Source: Paramoeba atlantica
Lineage: Eukaryota; Protista; Discosea
Length of the DNA stretch: 64,000 bases
NCBI GenBank assembly: GCA_977017575.1
Contig: CDRNVI010000029.1
Span: forward strand, 620,001-684,000
Direction: 5' to 3'
Each line of letters opens with the position of its first letter. Positions within the stretch are counted from its first letter, which is position 1. Under the pieces are notes generated by a model. That model was not told the DNA's origin and did no database searches. It saw nothing but the letters and a program-made list of their open reading frames with translations. Of the stretch, positions 20,147 through 32,000 are shown piece after piece. A program made the translations under genes and the position numbers.

Positions 20147-21616
20147 CTAACTGTGTTCAAGGTCACACCTGCTTAGATACGTCCTACCATATCTAAGATA
20201 GTCATGAATAGCAGCATCTAATGCTTTAACCGTTGAATCCATTCGAGAGGATTCATCCAAAAAGTGATATTCTTTATGCGGCCTAGTTCCGACGTCAGCA
20301 ATGTTGTCGGTAGTGCGTAAAACAGCAACTGTGAGGGAAGCGTTACAGTCCTCCAAGCTTTGACATATACTACGAACAATATTGTCTACTTCTTCTGATC
20401 TTGAATAGCCGCGTTCCAGAGAACGACCTGCTACTGTATTGTCCGTCGAAACTGCTATAGCTTTTGACTTTCTGCGGAGCGCCGCTTCAATTACTTTGTG
20501 AAGCGCGTAAGTTTCGGCACTCTCAATCCGAATTTCTTTCGCAAAACTACCCTCTAGTTTTTCTTGAACTACACCTTCCCTTGTTAAGGTCCATGCCGCC
20601 CATCGAAAAGGCGTCGCATCGCAAGCAATTAAATCAAAGTCATTCGTTGTGAACGAGTTGGACGAACCCGCGTAGGACCATACCCTTTTAAAAGATAGAA
20701 TCAAGTCTACAAGATTCCCGAGCAATACAATAATGCGAGCATCCTCTCGGTCCCAATTTGGATCGTTTTTTCCCAAAACACTTTGCAATTTTGTGTATCT
20801 TCCTAAAGTTCTCTTAGGAAGACGAAACAAAGGGAGAGCAAAGCGTACGAATCCAAGAAAACTAAAATATGTACGTGGGGTTGGGCGACCTGGAAACTTA
20901 GCAGCCGCCTGCCATTTTTCAACCGATGAATTCTCTATAGACCAAGACAGTCCCACGGAGGATTGCTGGATAGATATGCCGCAAAAATTGAACACAGAAC
21001 AAGTCGATTCTGACTTAAGATATTTTAGATGCATTTTTGCACGAGATATAAAATTGCCCTTCAATACTAGTTCCCAACGTTTCTGGCAAGAGGCAGAGAC
21101 GTGCATACAAACTGAATCGTATACTACTATAATGTAGCCTCCATCTTCCAAGCGTAAAAAGCTTGATGCTTCCTTCCATGATAGGACTTCTTCCGGTACA
21201 AGAAGCTCAACTCGCTCGGCATGTGTAAGATTGAGTAACACTCCCCAGACAAGCGTCTGGCATATGCCGCACGCTTTAGAATAACCCATTGGCAGAACAC
21301 AGGTCTGTAGAACAATATTTCCCAGGCGAACACAGCAACGTCGCCGTAAGGCTATTCCAATTGGAATTTGATAGTATGCGTTTCTTATGTCAAAATGTAT
21401 TGCCCTGAGACGACAAAGAGAAGTATCGGTTGGGTTCAAAACTTGAAGCATATCTTCGATATTTAATAATGAAAATGCTATCGTGGAGTTGCTCGACATG
21501 CTGTTTAATTCGCGGAGATCAAAAATAGCTCGTGCCAAGGTTTCTGTTTTATTTACTCCGAAATAACGACTCAATATCGGTCTTCGGGACCCAGCCACGT
21601 GGACGTAGGTCTCCAA
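20147..21616 (-). CDS. RT/RNase H of the YR retrotransposon (N-terminus probably decayed)
   Basis: FDIRNAYYQ, LPMG, VYDS (non-canonical YxDD), FCGI; RNase H motifs CDAT, ESAE, STDN, DNIAD..TR. Confidence 0.85.
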   Translation of the reverse strand: METYVHVAGSRRPILSRYFGVNKTETLARAIFDLRELNSMSSNSTIAFSLLNIEDMLQVLNPTDTSLCRLRAIHFDIRNAYYQIPIGIALRRRCCVRLGNIVLQTCVLPMGYSKACGICQTLVWGVLLNLTHAERVELLVPEEVLSWKEASSFLRLEDGGYIIVVYDSVCMHVSASCQKRWELVLKGNFISRAKMHLKYLKSESTCSVFNFCGISIQQSSVGLSWSIENSSVEKWQAAAKFPGRPTPRTYFSFLGFVRFALPLFRLPKRTLGRYTKLQSVLGKNDPNWDREDARIIVLLGNLVDLILSFKRVWSYAGSSNSFTTNDFDLIACDATPFRWAAWTLTREGVVQEKLEGSFAKEIRIESAETYALHKVIEAALRRKSKAIAVSTDNTVAGRSLERGYSRSEEVDNIVRSICQSLEDCNASLTVAVLRTTDNIADVGTRPHKEYHFLDESSRMDSTVKALDAAIHDYLRYGRTYLSRCDLEHS

Positions 21617-22207
21617 AACACCTACGTCCCAAAGGTATTTTAGATGAGCTGCCCACTTTGTGTTGGCGGGACACGAACTACACAGATCTTCAAATCTAGC
21701 TTCCGAAACAGGATCTTCCTGGAGTAGTTGCAGGGCTTGACAAACAATGACTGTTCCGGTTGACTTGTCCTCAGATGTCTAAAGGATAGCCCCCTTCACA
21801 TTAACTAATTTATCTAAAGGTGTAGAAGGATTAGTAATGCTCCCTCGATACGATGCTCTCTGTCCGATGTCATGACTATTTCCCGACAGAAGAGGTTCAC
21901 TCGGGATGTACATGCCGGACTATATCCTATCAATAAGATGTACAAGAGTAGTAGTACTGGTTTCATTTAGTGTACAAGACCATTGGAACGTCCATAACAT
22001 CAAACCCTTTGACGAACGTTAAGCCGTTCGTATAGAATTCCGCTAATATAGTAGTATCATTAAGTCCCTAATATCGTAAACATACACTTGTATACAGCAA
22101 ACATACACTTGTATACTTTGTATTATTAATAGTTTTAGTTATTGAAATGTAGGTTTTTAAATAATTCGTGTTCCAATAATTAATGTTCCAATACTTTACT
22201 CTTCTGC

Positions 22208-23118
22208 TTATGAGTTCGTTTGTCTAGCCCTCGGGTGTAGTGTTGGAGAGATGATCGTGGTATCACAAAGGGCAGCGGGAAACGTGTCTGTAGCTTTCCG
22301 TTTCCGGGCTGTGTGTCCCGTGTGACGGAGACAATGCGTGGAGAAGACAAGCCCACTCGGCCATCTAAATCTTTCTTCCGCTAATTTTAGTAGCATTGAT
22401 AGGTGGGTGGATATGCAACGCGAAAAAAGAAAATCGTTCGATGTTGGCCGTTGCCGCAATAAGCACATACCAGCCTCGGAACACTCGATCCATCCACCCG
22501 ACGATGCCGTTTTTAGACGAGATATGTGAATCGAAGTTTTACCTAGGTCAATCAATTTTAGATAACGAAGGTCACCTGGTCGAATGGGTCCTTCCAAAAA
22601 TAATTGGGTGGCATCACGGAGCATGTTTCGAAACTTTTTATCGTGAACAATTCCTTATTTGTGCACCGTGAACAATTTCGACCGATATCTGACTCATTTT
22701 TTATCAGACTCATAAAGTCTAATGTCATTTGTGGCGTTAAAACACCTCGAACCTCATGCTTTCCTTCGCGGCCCGCCCCAATAACCATTTTTCTCATCTC
22801 ACTTGTGAACAGCCAAGGACTTTGTACTGAATTGCAGCGTATGGCAAACGCCAGCGCGTTCCAGACCCCGGCCGGAGAACAGAGACCTTGTGCTTTCCAA
22901 CTTACTAAGAGAGACAAGAATTCCTTTTCGGAGCAGGTTTCCACAGGCACACTTCTGGTCTTCCTGGTGTTCGCTAGAAACGCACAAAGAAGCTTCAAAT
23001 TTCTTTCATAAGTTTTTAGTGAGGACGTTTTTACTGACGCTTTCATTAAGATGTTACGTGCTTTCTTAGTATGGACGATGGAGGCGCCTGAGGCTGAGAA
23101 TGTCTTAGGCTGTGTCAT
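22208..23118 (-). pseudogene. Tyrosine recombinase (frameshifted)
   Basis: IRPGDL (R), RLKT (K), HCLRH (HxxR). The catalytic Tyr context LQHYTR is in a shifted frame at ~22225-22245. Confidence 0.8.
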
Positions 23119-23633
23119 GAGTTCTGTAAGAGCAATGCAATATTTTTTCTAGGATACAGAACGAAGCGTTTTTATTTTTTTCAAGCCCAAATCAAAACAA
23201 ATATAAGACAGTAGTCTTGTCCAAGCCTCTCCCGTATATTCAGGCCTGCCCCGCAAGTTTTGATACAAAAGTACTTTATCATGCTGCGAATTGTTAACAT
23301 CGTAAGAAACTACATACCTCAGGCTCGTACAACTTGATACGTTTAGTCATTAGTGTTTTGTAACAGAATCCTTCAAAAGAACCAACAATGCATTCTTCAC
23401 TGGTTAATGTTATTCTTGTTGAAAAGTCCCCCGTGGCAATATAATTATAGCTTTTTTAATTTGTTAAGGTTTTGCAGTTTCCACTAGGGTTTAAGTATTT
23501 CTACGCCAGCTAATTATTTTCGTAGTGCGAATAAGGAAATTAATTGGTTTATTATAATTTCATTTCGTTGAAGAACAGAGGCGACATCATGGTAATTCGT
23601 TTTTGTGGACTTCAGGCTGCGCAAAAACGTTGT

Positions 23634-24473
23634 CTACTTCACTTCTTTTCTATTCCCTCCTTTACATACATTGTATGCTTCCTTCACATATGCATCCTTC
23701 ACGTATGCATCCTCCCGCCTCAGCTTGTGCGAGGAGCCTTCTTGAGTGGGACAGTTTCCACTTCGATGACCTATTCCACCACAGCTGAAACATCGGATCA
23801 CACGATGCCGTCCATCTTCTCGAAATACATGCGATCCTCCACGTCGAGCATATGGAAAGCGAGGACGGTAAGACACGCGTTGCGGTCCCATTGTAGATTG
23901 TCCCATTGGCTGAAAAGGACGATCATCGAGACACGCGTCCGCGCCCTTCAAAGTGAATGAAGCTGTACCCCAACCATGTACCACTTGCACAAATTTCTCA
24001 CGATCTCCACACTCTAGGAGACCCCGATGACAAAGTACTGAGAGTCCTATAGGAGACAAAAGTCCTCCACGGAAGCCTTTATCAGTAGCTAGTTCACACT
24101 GAACTGTTTCGTCTCCGATCAATGCTTGATACAAACTATCACAGCATACGTAGTCGTTCGTCTGCTGCTGACGACGACGCAAAGACACAAGAGAAAACAA
24201 GTCTGCCAAGATTGAGAAAAACGAGAGACGGTCTGACGCTGGAGCAACCTTCCAGTTTCTACCACCGCATGGGTTAGCCTCCAGTTCCACAATCGTCTTT
24301 GAAAAGACTCCTTCGGCAGCGATTCGGGAATGCAAGAAAACCACTTGGCGTAACCCGCCGGTAAGTTCGCCAACCTCAGTCGGGAAACTGCGCAGGTGCC
24401 GAAGTTTTTCAAGGAATGGTGGTGATACTTTGGGGGCCAGGGAGGGCATTCGATGAAAATTCATCGAACGCAC
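23634..24473 (-). CDS. Gag-like protein with CCHC zinc knuckle
   Basis: CFSCGGIGHRSGNC (CX2CX4HX4C). Confidence 0.8.
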   Translation of the reverse strand: MRSMNFHRMPSLAPKVSPPFLEKLRHLRSFPTEVGELTGGLRQVVFLHSRIAAEGVFSKTIVELEANPCGGRNWKVAPASDRLSFFSILADLFSLVSLRRRQQQTNDYVCCDSLYQALIGDETVQCELATDKGFRGGLLSPIGLSVLCHRGLLECGDREKFVQVVHGWGTASFTLKGADACLDDRPFQPMGQSTMGPQRVSYRPRFPYARRGGSHVFREDGRHRVIRCFSCGGIGHRSGNCPTQEGSSHKLRREDAYVKDAYVKEAYNVCKGGNRKEVK

Positions 24474-24547
24474 GGTGCGTTCGGGTTTAGCGTCGTGATA
24501 CGCCTACCCATGGCTTCATCATTCCCCATCTTGCCAGTACGCGATCC

Positions 24548-24901
24548 GTGGTAGTCAGCGATTGTTGGGGGGCTTACAATGGTTTAGACCAAGTTTGTCG
24601 TCACTACACCGTGAATCATAGTAAGAAGTTTGTGAACGAGAAGGGATATCATACTAATGGTGCTGAGAGTGTCCACAACACCATTAAGTATTGGGTAAGA
24701 CTCCAACACTATAATTTTGGGGCAACAACGTTGGAGTTGCAGCGAAACGTCGCGCTCCAGTGTGTAAATTATGGGGATACCCATAATGGCCGCGAGCAGT
24801 CTTGGCAGAGTCGCTTTGTTCGTGTAGCCCCACTTTGCGTCATGTACATAGTGGTGAGTTGTTTAAAGCGTCTATATTGCGAAAACATAATCGATATATG
24901 A
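24548..24901 (+). pseudogene. Merlin (IS1595/ISXO2-like) transposase fragment
   Basis: SDCWGAYNGL...HYTVNHSKKFVNEKGYHTNGAES. Confidence 0.85.
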
Positions 24902-25064
24902 AAACAGGTATGTTCAAAGAAAATCAGTTTTTGTGTATACCAGCTTCGAATTTTGGTTTATTGCATGAGAATACGAAAAATTTAGTTGAAATACTTGCGG
25001 ATCGGGCAAAGCTAGATAAAAAGACAACATTAAATCAATTTCAGTTGCTTATTGAAAAACTGAC

Positions 25065-25819
25065 ATGACATGCTGTGACGAAAAAAAATTCACTTGCCAG
25101 CTTGGACAGGAAAGCCGCTCGTACATTTGCAGAGCAAGTGACCCCCCGAAACCACCTCTAAAAGCTTCGCAAAAGTGGTTTGGGGGGGATGGAGTGAACG
25201 TTTGGATGGGTATAAGCTATATTTATGGAATTTTTTTATCATGTTTTTCCAAACAGGGACAGTAATGGGAAAATTACCATCACTTCAGATGTTTTTAAAT
25301 GCGCGATGACAAAAAGAGGGGGTTTTTTAAGTTTCTTAAAGCGTCATAGCGGGGCCCGGGTTGCCATGGATAATGCTCCTTGCCACAATGGCAGTTTTAG
25401 AACCTTTAAAGAAAACGAAGTCGTTGTTTTGGACTTTCCCCCAAAATCCCCAGATCTTAACCCCATTGAAAACATTTGGGAAATTATGGATGCCTTTATT
25501 GAAAGAGCGGTTGATTACATTAAAACAGAAGGTCATGACATGCTCATTAACACTTTAAACAGCATGCCGCGGCGTTTCGACATAGTAGTAGAAAAAAACG
25601 AGAAAGTTGTAATTATTAGTCGTCTAAAACCTTTCTCACAATTTTTGCATTTTGACGTTTTTGTGCTTCTTGTCAGTTGAACACCCCCCCTATACCCCGG
25701 GAAACTGCCTTTTCTAAAACATAGAACTCTTCGAGAGCTCTCGAATACGCTATCATTTTCCAAAATTGGAAAGTTTTTGCAATTTTTAGACCCCCCGCAG
25801 CATCTGATTTACCCCCCTG
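25065..25819 (+). mobile_element. Tc1/IS630-type transposase catalytic domain (frameshifted) with right TIR
   Basis: CDEKKF, VNVWMGIS, MDNAPCH, FPPKSPDLNPIENIW (32 residues between D2 and E); ends cccccctg|ta at 25819. Confidence 0.85.
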
Positions 25820-25952
25820 TATGGGGCGCCAGTTAGAGATTTGAGTTAATATAATGAAGTGTATTAAGGACGACTACGGTTTTCCCGTTCCCGAAGAATT
25901 TGAGGAACTCAGTTCCGATAGTTGCGCATCAGACTACGAGGATGATGCTTTT

Positions 25953-26885
25953 TATAATATCTTTCCGTTTTCCAGGCTAAATTTTCTTTTTTAGGCTCTT
26001 CGTTAAACGCGGTGGTTGCTTTCAACTTAGAAGTCACTCATGCTGCGCGCTTCGCGTTGAAAACTACCGCCGCGTTTAACGAAGAGCCTAAAAAAGAAAA
26101 TTTAGCCTGGAAAACGGAAAGATTATAGCCAAAAATAGCCGAATTTCGGGTACAAATGGGGTCATTTTCGCATATTTTTGCTCTCAGAGCACTAAATCCG
26201 ACATTTGCGCGTGGGAAATCTCTCGTAGGCAGGAATAAAAGCCTACCGAACGTATTGGGTAGAGAATGCGACTCCAACCATACCATTCTTTCGACACAAA
26301 AATGCCCCTTTAGGTCCGAAAAATACTTTTTCACCTTTTTTAGTCAAAAATGGGTCATTTTAAGGGGCGCACCACGGTTCGAAGAAGGGATACCTTGCGA
26401 AAACAACTGCGGAGAAAGCTAGTGTAGGTCCCAAACTATCAAAATACAATAGGGGAAACGATTTTGGAAAAATATTTTTTTTGCCATTTTTTTCGCAAAG
26501 TTGAAATTTTTTTCAAAATTTTTTTTCCGAAAAAATCCGAACTTGGCGGACCCGTCCTGCGGATACGCGGGGGGGTCACCCCCGGGTAGGGGGGTGGAAA
26601 ATGCGCGCCAAGACCCCGGCTACCCTTTCTGCGGTTTTTTTTCGAAAACTAATTTTTTCGAAAAAATTTGCTCGACCATGCCCCCCCCCCCTGGACCCCC
26701 CCCCTGGACCCCCCCCATGGACCCCCCATTTTTTTCAAATTTTTTTTTCAGTTTTGGACCACCGGAGCCCCGTTTTATATTTTTTTCTTCTATTATATTA
26801 CTGTGTTCCCCTTTATATTTTCACTGTTTTTGTTCACTTTTTTTTCAATAATCGAGTGTAGAGCGGTAGTTTTACAACCACCGCC
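25953..26885 (-). mobile_element. ~920-bp hairpin-ended repeat, inverted copy 3
   Basis: Reverse complement of 2786-3707; its terminal fold-back arm is longer (~75 bp). Confidence 0.8.
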
Positions 26886-27547
26886 ATTTGTTCATACGCA
26901 GTCTTTTTTTTGTGTATTACTTATTTTGCTGGGACTCAGGGCTCAACCTGACTGGCTAAAAAAAAAAGAAAAAAAAGAATGGATTGGGCATGAATTGCTT
27001 CTTTTTACTATTATAGTTATCAAAATCATAAATAACTTAAGGCAGGTTGAATTACTAGTTTTGGGCTACAACATGTGAAATTGTTAATTTGATTGCTTGT
27101 TTACAAATCATATGCCCCCCCCAATGGACCTACTTGGTTCGTCTACTGGGTAAAAAAGAAAGAAGGGTCTTAACAAAAAAAAAGATATTTTATTTATAAA
27201 AGGATTTTCTATAGACGCAAATAAGCAAAATTTCCTGTTGGAGTTTTTTGAATCACACTTATTCTGAAATATTTAAGAAACTACGACATTAATTTCCCGC
27301 CATCTCAATGCCGGAAAGTCAGCCCTCGAAAAAAATAAAAAAAATTTGTTTTGGGCGCAAGAATACCATGCAAGCAAGGTTTAATCCTTCAAGACATAAA
27401 GATGCTGTTTCTGTACGTGTCCTCAGGATCCCTATTAGTGCGCGCAAGGGCTATAACCTTTTCCAACGGTAATTCAGTCTCGCTTACAATAAAAAACCAA
27501 GCTCCGTTCGTCGAGCACTTTTTTTAACTTTAAAAAAATTGCGTTTT

Positions 27548-27681
27548 CATTCATCGAACAGGATGTCCTGTTCGATGAATGATTCATCGAACGGGTCGTA
27601 CTGCAATCCATTCATCGAACAGGACATCCTGTTCGATGAATATTCATCGAACTGACAGTGTGTTCGATGAATATTCATCGA
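27548..27681. repeat. Array of nested palindromes built from ttcatcgaac/gttcgatgaa
   Basis: CATTCATCGAACAGGA-TG-TCCTGTTCGATGAATG, a second unit with a CA loop, and further partial units. Confidence 0.9.
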
Positions 27682-28047
27682 GTGCCCCCCGTCCTCCTTT
27701 GGGGAGTTTCCCAAAGTTGGGAAACTCAAGAGTTCCAATGTCATTGCGTGCCTGTTGCAAAAGACGGCGGCATACAATACCAAGAGGTTTCTCATGTTTA
27801 TCGCGCATTTTTTCCCTTTTCTCATTTTCTACCTTTTTCTCTTCACGGCAATCTTCAGGGACCTCCGATTCAGTGGATGATGATACTGAAGACCAGGAGG
27901 GATATCGCGAGCCTCTTCGCGTTTTGCGCGTGAGTAGAGGAGAAGGAGGGAACATGTTCCGACTCATATCTCCAGCTGGTGACGACGGAGGACTGCGCAC
28001 ACCCTTTCCTTTTGAATTCGAGTCCTTCGGCCTTTGAGTTTTGGCTG

Positions 28048-28153
28048 CCTCGGGGAACACGCCCCGGCATCCACTCCTCGGGGAATACACGCCCCGGCAT
28101 CTACTCCTCGGGGAACACGCCCCGGCATCTACTCCTCGGGGAAACATACCCCG
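28048..28153. repeat. 28-30-bp tandem repeat x3.5
   Basis: cctcggggaacacgccccggcatc(c/t)act repeated. Confidence 0.9.
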
Positions 28154-28910
28154 ACGATTACTTCACAGGATATCGGCGTTGTCTTTCACTTACAAGCTAT
28201 ACAGTTGCAAGTTATACATGTATTAGCATTAAATGTTAGTGCTGATAATAACCAATAAAGTGAGGTAATAACACAGTAAAGCGTTGTAACCCAAATTAGA
28301 TCTCTTCCAATTATATCTCCCCCCCTCCTCCTCTGGGTTTTAGGGGCCCAGTACCTGGCTTGGGACAGGTTAAGCGGAGTTAAGGAAGCCCATTAAGCAT
28401 GGTGTGTGAAATGGAGATTACGCATCCGGCTCTCTGCACCTGCACAAGACAACCGAGCTCTCTACACCTGGGAATCCAGCTCTCCGCACCCGCACACGTC
28501 CGGCGAGGACGAAACCTCACATGATCCACCCGTCGTATGCGGGATAAGGACATAGTGAGTAAATCTCTGCACTATAAGTGCATTACATATAAAACTAACA
28601 CTATGTGGCCTAGTCACGGAAAACTTCGTTGCTAGTGAGCGGTCCAACACGGGACGTAACTGGTAAAAATCTCCCACGAAAAGTACTATTAGACCACCAA
28701 ACAACATTTGATCGTTCCCCTTGATTTCTTGAAGGCGAGCGTTGATTCGTGCAAGAAACGAGGTTCCAATCATAGAGATTTCGTCTAAAATGACGAGGCG
28801 GCATATCGTTTCTGATACAAAAGTAGATTGTCCGCCGAGAGATTGGAAAGACTGCGCGCGGTCTGGTCCACAGGGAGGGCAAGCGACGCGTGTATAGTAC
28901 AGCAATTTAG

Positions 28911-30320
28911 GGTCAAAGTGAAGCATTGTTGCGCCTTTTTTGAAAAAATAAAATAAATGAAGATATTTTTTTTAGGTTTGTGGGCCGCTACTACTTATTT
29001 CTTTTGATTTCGCTTCCAAAAAGCTGAGTCTTCACATTAATTAGAGATCTTCGCACAGCTGTTTTAAAGGATTTCCCTCGCTATTTCAGATCTTCAGACC
29101 ATTGACGACTTCTCCGCTGAACTTTGGTCGATCTTTTCTTTCTTCATCAAAGCACCCAAGGGCCCTATTCCCCCACCGTACTGCCTTCTTGAGCCTCTCA
29201 TTCATGCGTTCAACAGTGTTGGTGTGCACCAAAGATCGTCGATGATTAACTGTCTCATGTCGCAAGTCATTTCCCAGCGAGCGACTCGCTCGCCAGCAAT
29301 CAGTGCGCGTTACGATTCGGCTTCCAGCAGACAACTTAATTAATTGTGCTGGGTTAATGGATACTTACACTGTATATTGCACCCCAAAAAGCATTTTTTC
29401 TTCTTTGACATTTCGTTTATGTATTTATCAAAAAAAATCTTTTTCCTTCTCAGAAATCATATTAACTACATGTCTTACATGTGTTCGTGTTCCAATATGG
29501 GCTGTGTGCTTCGATGGAAACACGACGGTGATATTCCTCAAACTACGGGATATATCGAACTGTGAATCACAGCAAATACAGATGAATGGGGTGGATACCG
29601 TAGACTCTCTGCCATAAGAGAACATCGAACTGTGAATCACAGCAAAAAAGGAAAATATCGCTTTGTTATAGAAACAGGGGTACATACTAATCATGCAGAG
29701 TCTGCCCATTCTTCTGTAAAAAGGGCTATAAGGAAACAAGGAAGACTTTCCATGCTCCCACAGAAAGCCGATAAAGTTGCGTCGCTCTGCACGTTGTTTT
29801 TTAAGAAAACAAGTTGGCAAGAACGATTTCAAGCGCTTTTAAAGGCCTTGAAATCAGTCAAAAATATGGAAGAAAGTCAGAAACATCATCTGAGGAAGAA
29901 GGTGAAGAAGGAAACGAGGACTGGGATATAATTCAAATTTTAATGATTTAATGCTGTAAGAGTATGTCCTGCATACATTGTCGCTCAAGGTTGAAGAAAG
30001 AAGATAAATAAACCCCTTTCCCGTTTATATTTGTTGTACCTGTAGCTACGCATTGTACCTGTAGCTAGTTGTTGTACCGGGGGGTACATTAACCCGGACG
30101 GGCGTTTAGTTTCTGAAAAATTATTTCCTATTTTTTGGGGTGCAATATAAGTAGTCTGTAGCCATTGTGTTGTTGTGCGCAGTTCATAGTGGTAGACCGT
30201 GAAAAAAGTTTGTATTATTTATAATCTGACACACTCTAAAAGAAAACGTACTTGTTTTAAACCAATATTTGAAAAATATAAAAAAATATCTCTTTGGCGC
30301 AATAATGCTTCACTTTCACC
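28911..30320 (-). mobile_element. Merlin DNA transposon with 25-bp TIRs and 8-bp TSD
   Basis: TIRs GGTCAAAGTGAAGCATTGTTGCGCC / GGCGCAATAATGCTTCACTTTCACC; TSD CAATTTAG on both sides; transposase remnant TDCW..VNH..HTNTVE at 29086-29334. Confidence 0.9.
29375..30147 (+). mobile_element. TA-flanked TIR element nested in the Merlin, carrying a second Merlin-type fragment
   Basis: ta|tattgcaccccaaaaa ... tttttggggtgcaata|ta; internal TDEWGGY..HRTVNHS..GVHTNHAES. Confidence 0.65.
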
Positions 30321-30845
30321 CAATTTAGTACTGTAGCGGCTATTCCTGTTGGAGCCATAGCGACGCATTGCTCCTTCATTTCTTGCATTAAGAAACGAGA
30401 AACTAGGCTTTTCCCTGTTCCAGGTCCACCAAGAAGAAACATGCAGCGCTTCGCAGGGTCGGACCTGCCATTAAGCATATTTTCCAGCTGCATTACGCAG
30501 GCTCTCTGCGCAACGGTTAGCGAAAAATGACCGCTGCAGTCACGTAGCACAAAACTACGATCAAACGTGACATGTTCTATTTGTATATCCCTAGCGATCA
30601 CTCGATCATCATCAAAAAACAAATGATCATGCAGTTTCGGCTTCACTGTGCAGGGAGAAGCTGGTGCAGCGAGCCCTCCAAGGGAGTTTCGTTATTTACC
30701 AAAACCGCGAAAACCCATCCTGGGCGATGCCGAGCTTACAGTAGGGTGGAATGCTCACGAGGAAACGCATTTCGGGCGCTCGGAAACATTGGTTTCTTTT
30801 CTCCCGAGCTAACAAGATAGATATATTATATAAATATTTTATATA

Positions 30846-31651
30846 CAGGGGGGGCCACGAAAACTGACAAGGTCCGCATTTTAGCGTCCTGAAGCCGTTT
30901 GAGCTGATTTTTGTTGCAAACGAGAGATCTCGTTCTGAATATCGTGTCTACGCTATTTGGAGCCCGTTTCTGCTAATCAAAAAAAAATATTTACAAATTA
31001 TTGAAATTTTGGGCAAAATATTTTGCAAAAAGTATCGAAAAACGTAAAAAAGGCTATTTTTTCTTCTTTTTACCTTACTATGGGCAAACGGAATAGACTA
31101 AACCGTCGCCAGCTATCACCAGAACAGTGTTCATATCCTGTGCGCATTGTCTGCGCACACGAAAGACACCGTGGGACATCTATTCCGGATACGGCACGTA
31201 TGATGAACTGTTCAGAGAGCTCTGTCTCGCGTTTCGATGAGTCAGGTGACGTGGCACGTGCACCCTACTATCTTTTTTTCCAAAGGCCAAGGAATATTTG
31301 TTGAACGAATGTCACGAGGCGTATGTGAATACGCTAAAGAGTCTTCCCACGCGCCTCGCTATACTACGTGAGCGTGGAGGTGGGAATACTGGCTATTAAG
31401 ACCTACTTTCTGGGTACTTTTTGGGCCGTGGTACGTAAAAATTACGAATTTTAGACCCGTTTTTCAATTTGCAAAATCTTTAAAATTTCACTTTTGTAAC
31501 TCATTGGAAATGTTTTCCGGCGAACGTTTTTGTATTTTAAATAGCGTAGACACGATATTCAGAACGAGATCTCTCGTTTGCAACAAAAATCAGCTCAAAC
31601 TGCCTCAGGACGCTAAAATGCGGACCTTGTCAGTTTTCGTGGCCCCCCCTG
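30846..31651 (+). mobile_element. Internally deleted Tc1/mariner element with ~110-bp TIRs
   Basis: ta|cagggggggccacgaaaactgac ... gtcagttttcgtggccccccctg|ta; retains only the N-terminal HTH-coding part. Confidence 0.88.
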
Positions 31652-31891
31652 TATATACAGTATATTATAAGTATATAGTCCAGTATATTATAAATATATT
31701 ATACATTATATACATTATACATTGTAGATATTATACATTATGTAGATAGATACGTATATCTTACGTTTTATTAATCTCCTTTTCGTTCACTGATCATACG
31801 TATCTATATAACAGTAGGTATATAACAGTGGGTATACAGAATGTATACCCACTGTTATATATGTATAACACGGTATATAACACTAGATATA

Positions 31892-32000
31892 CAGGGGGGT
31901 GTACGAAAATATGGGGGGGATCAAAATTCTTATAACTCGCCCAATTTTGGAAAATAATAGCGCATTCGAGAGCTTTCACAGAGTTACGTGTCATGTGATA
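31892..32000. mobile_element. Solo Tc1-type TIR end (same family as the 25819 and 52601 ends)
   Basis: ta|caggggggtgtacg...ccaattttggaaaataatagcgcattcgagagct. Confidence 0.6.

Larger units (their letters stand above)
20147..24473 (-). mobile_element. Tyrosine-recombinase retrotransposon, VIPER/TATE-like (gag-YR-RT/RNase H)
   Basis: Domain order on the - strand is CCHC gag, then tyrosine recombinase, then RT plus RNase H, as in kinetoplastid VIPER/TATE. Confidence 0.88.
28462..30646 (-). pseudogene. PIF1-family (possibly Helitron-type) helicase interrupted by a Merlin element
   Basis: GGPGTGKS, APTGIAA | TIHASL, LDEISM, GDFYQLRPV. Removing 28911-30320 and one TSD copy restores ATVLNCCTIHAS. 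Confidence 0.82.

Noticed and set aside
27548-27681. CRISPR array
   Set aside because: The palindromic units lack unique spacers of regular length, there are no cas genes, and the context is eukaryotic.
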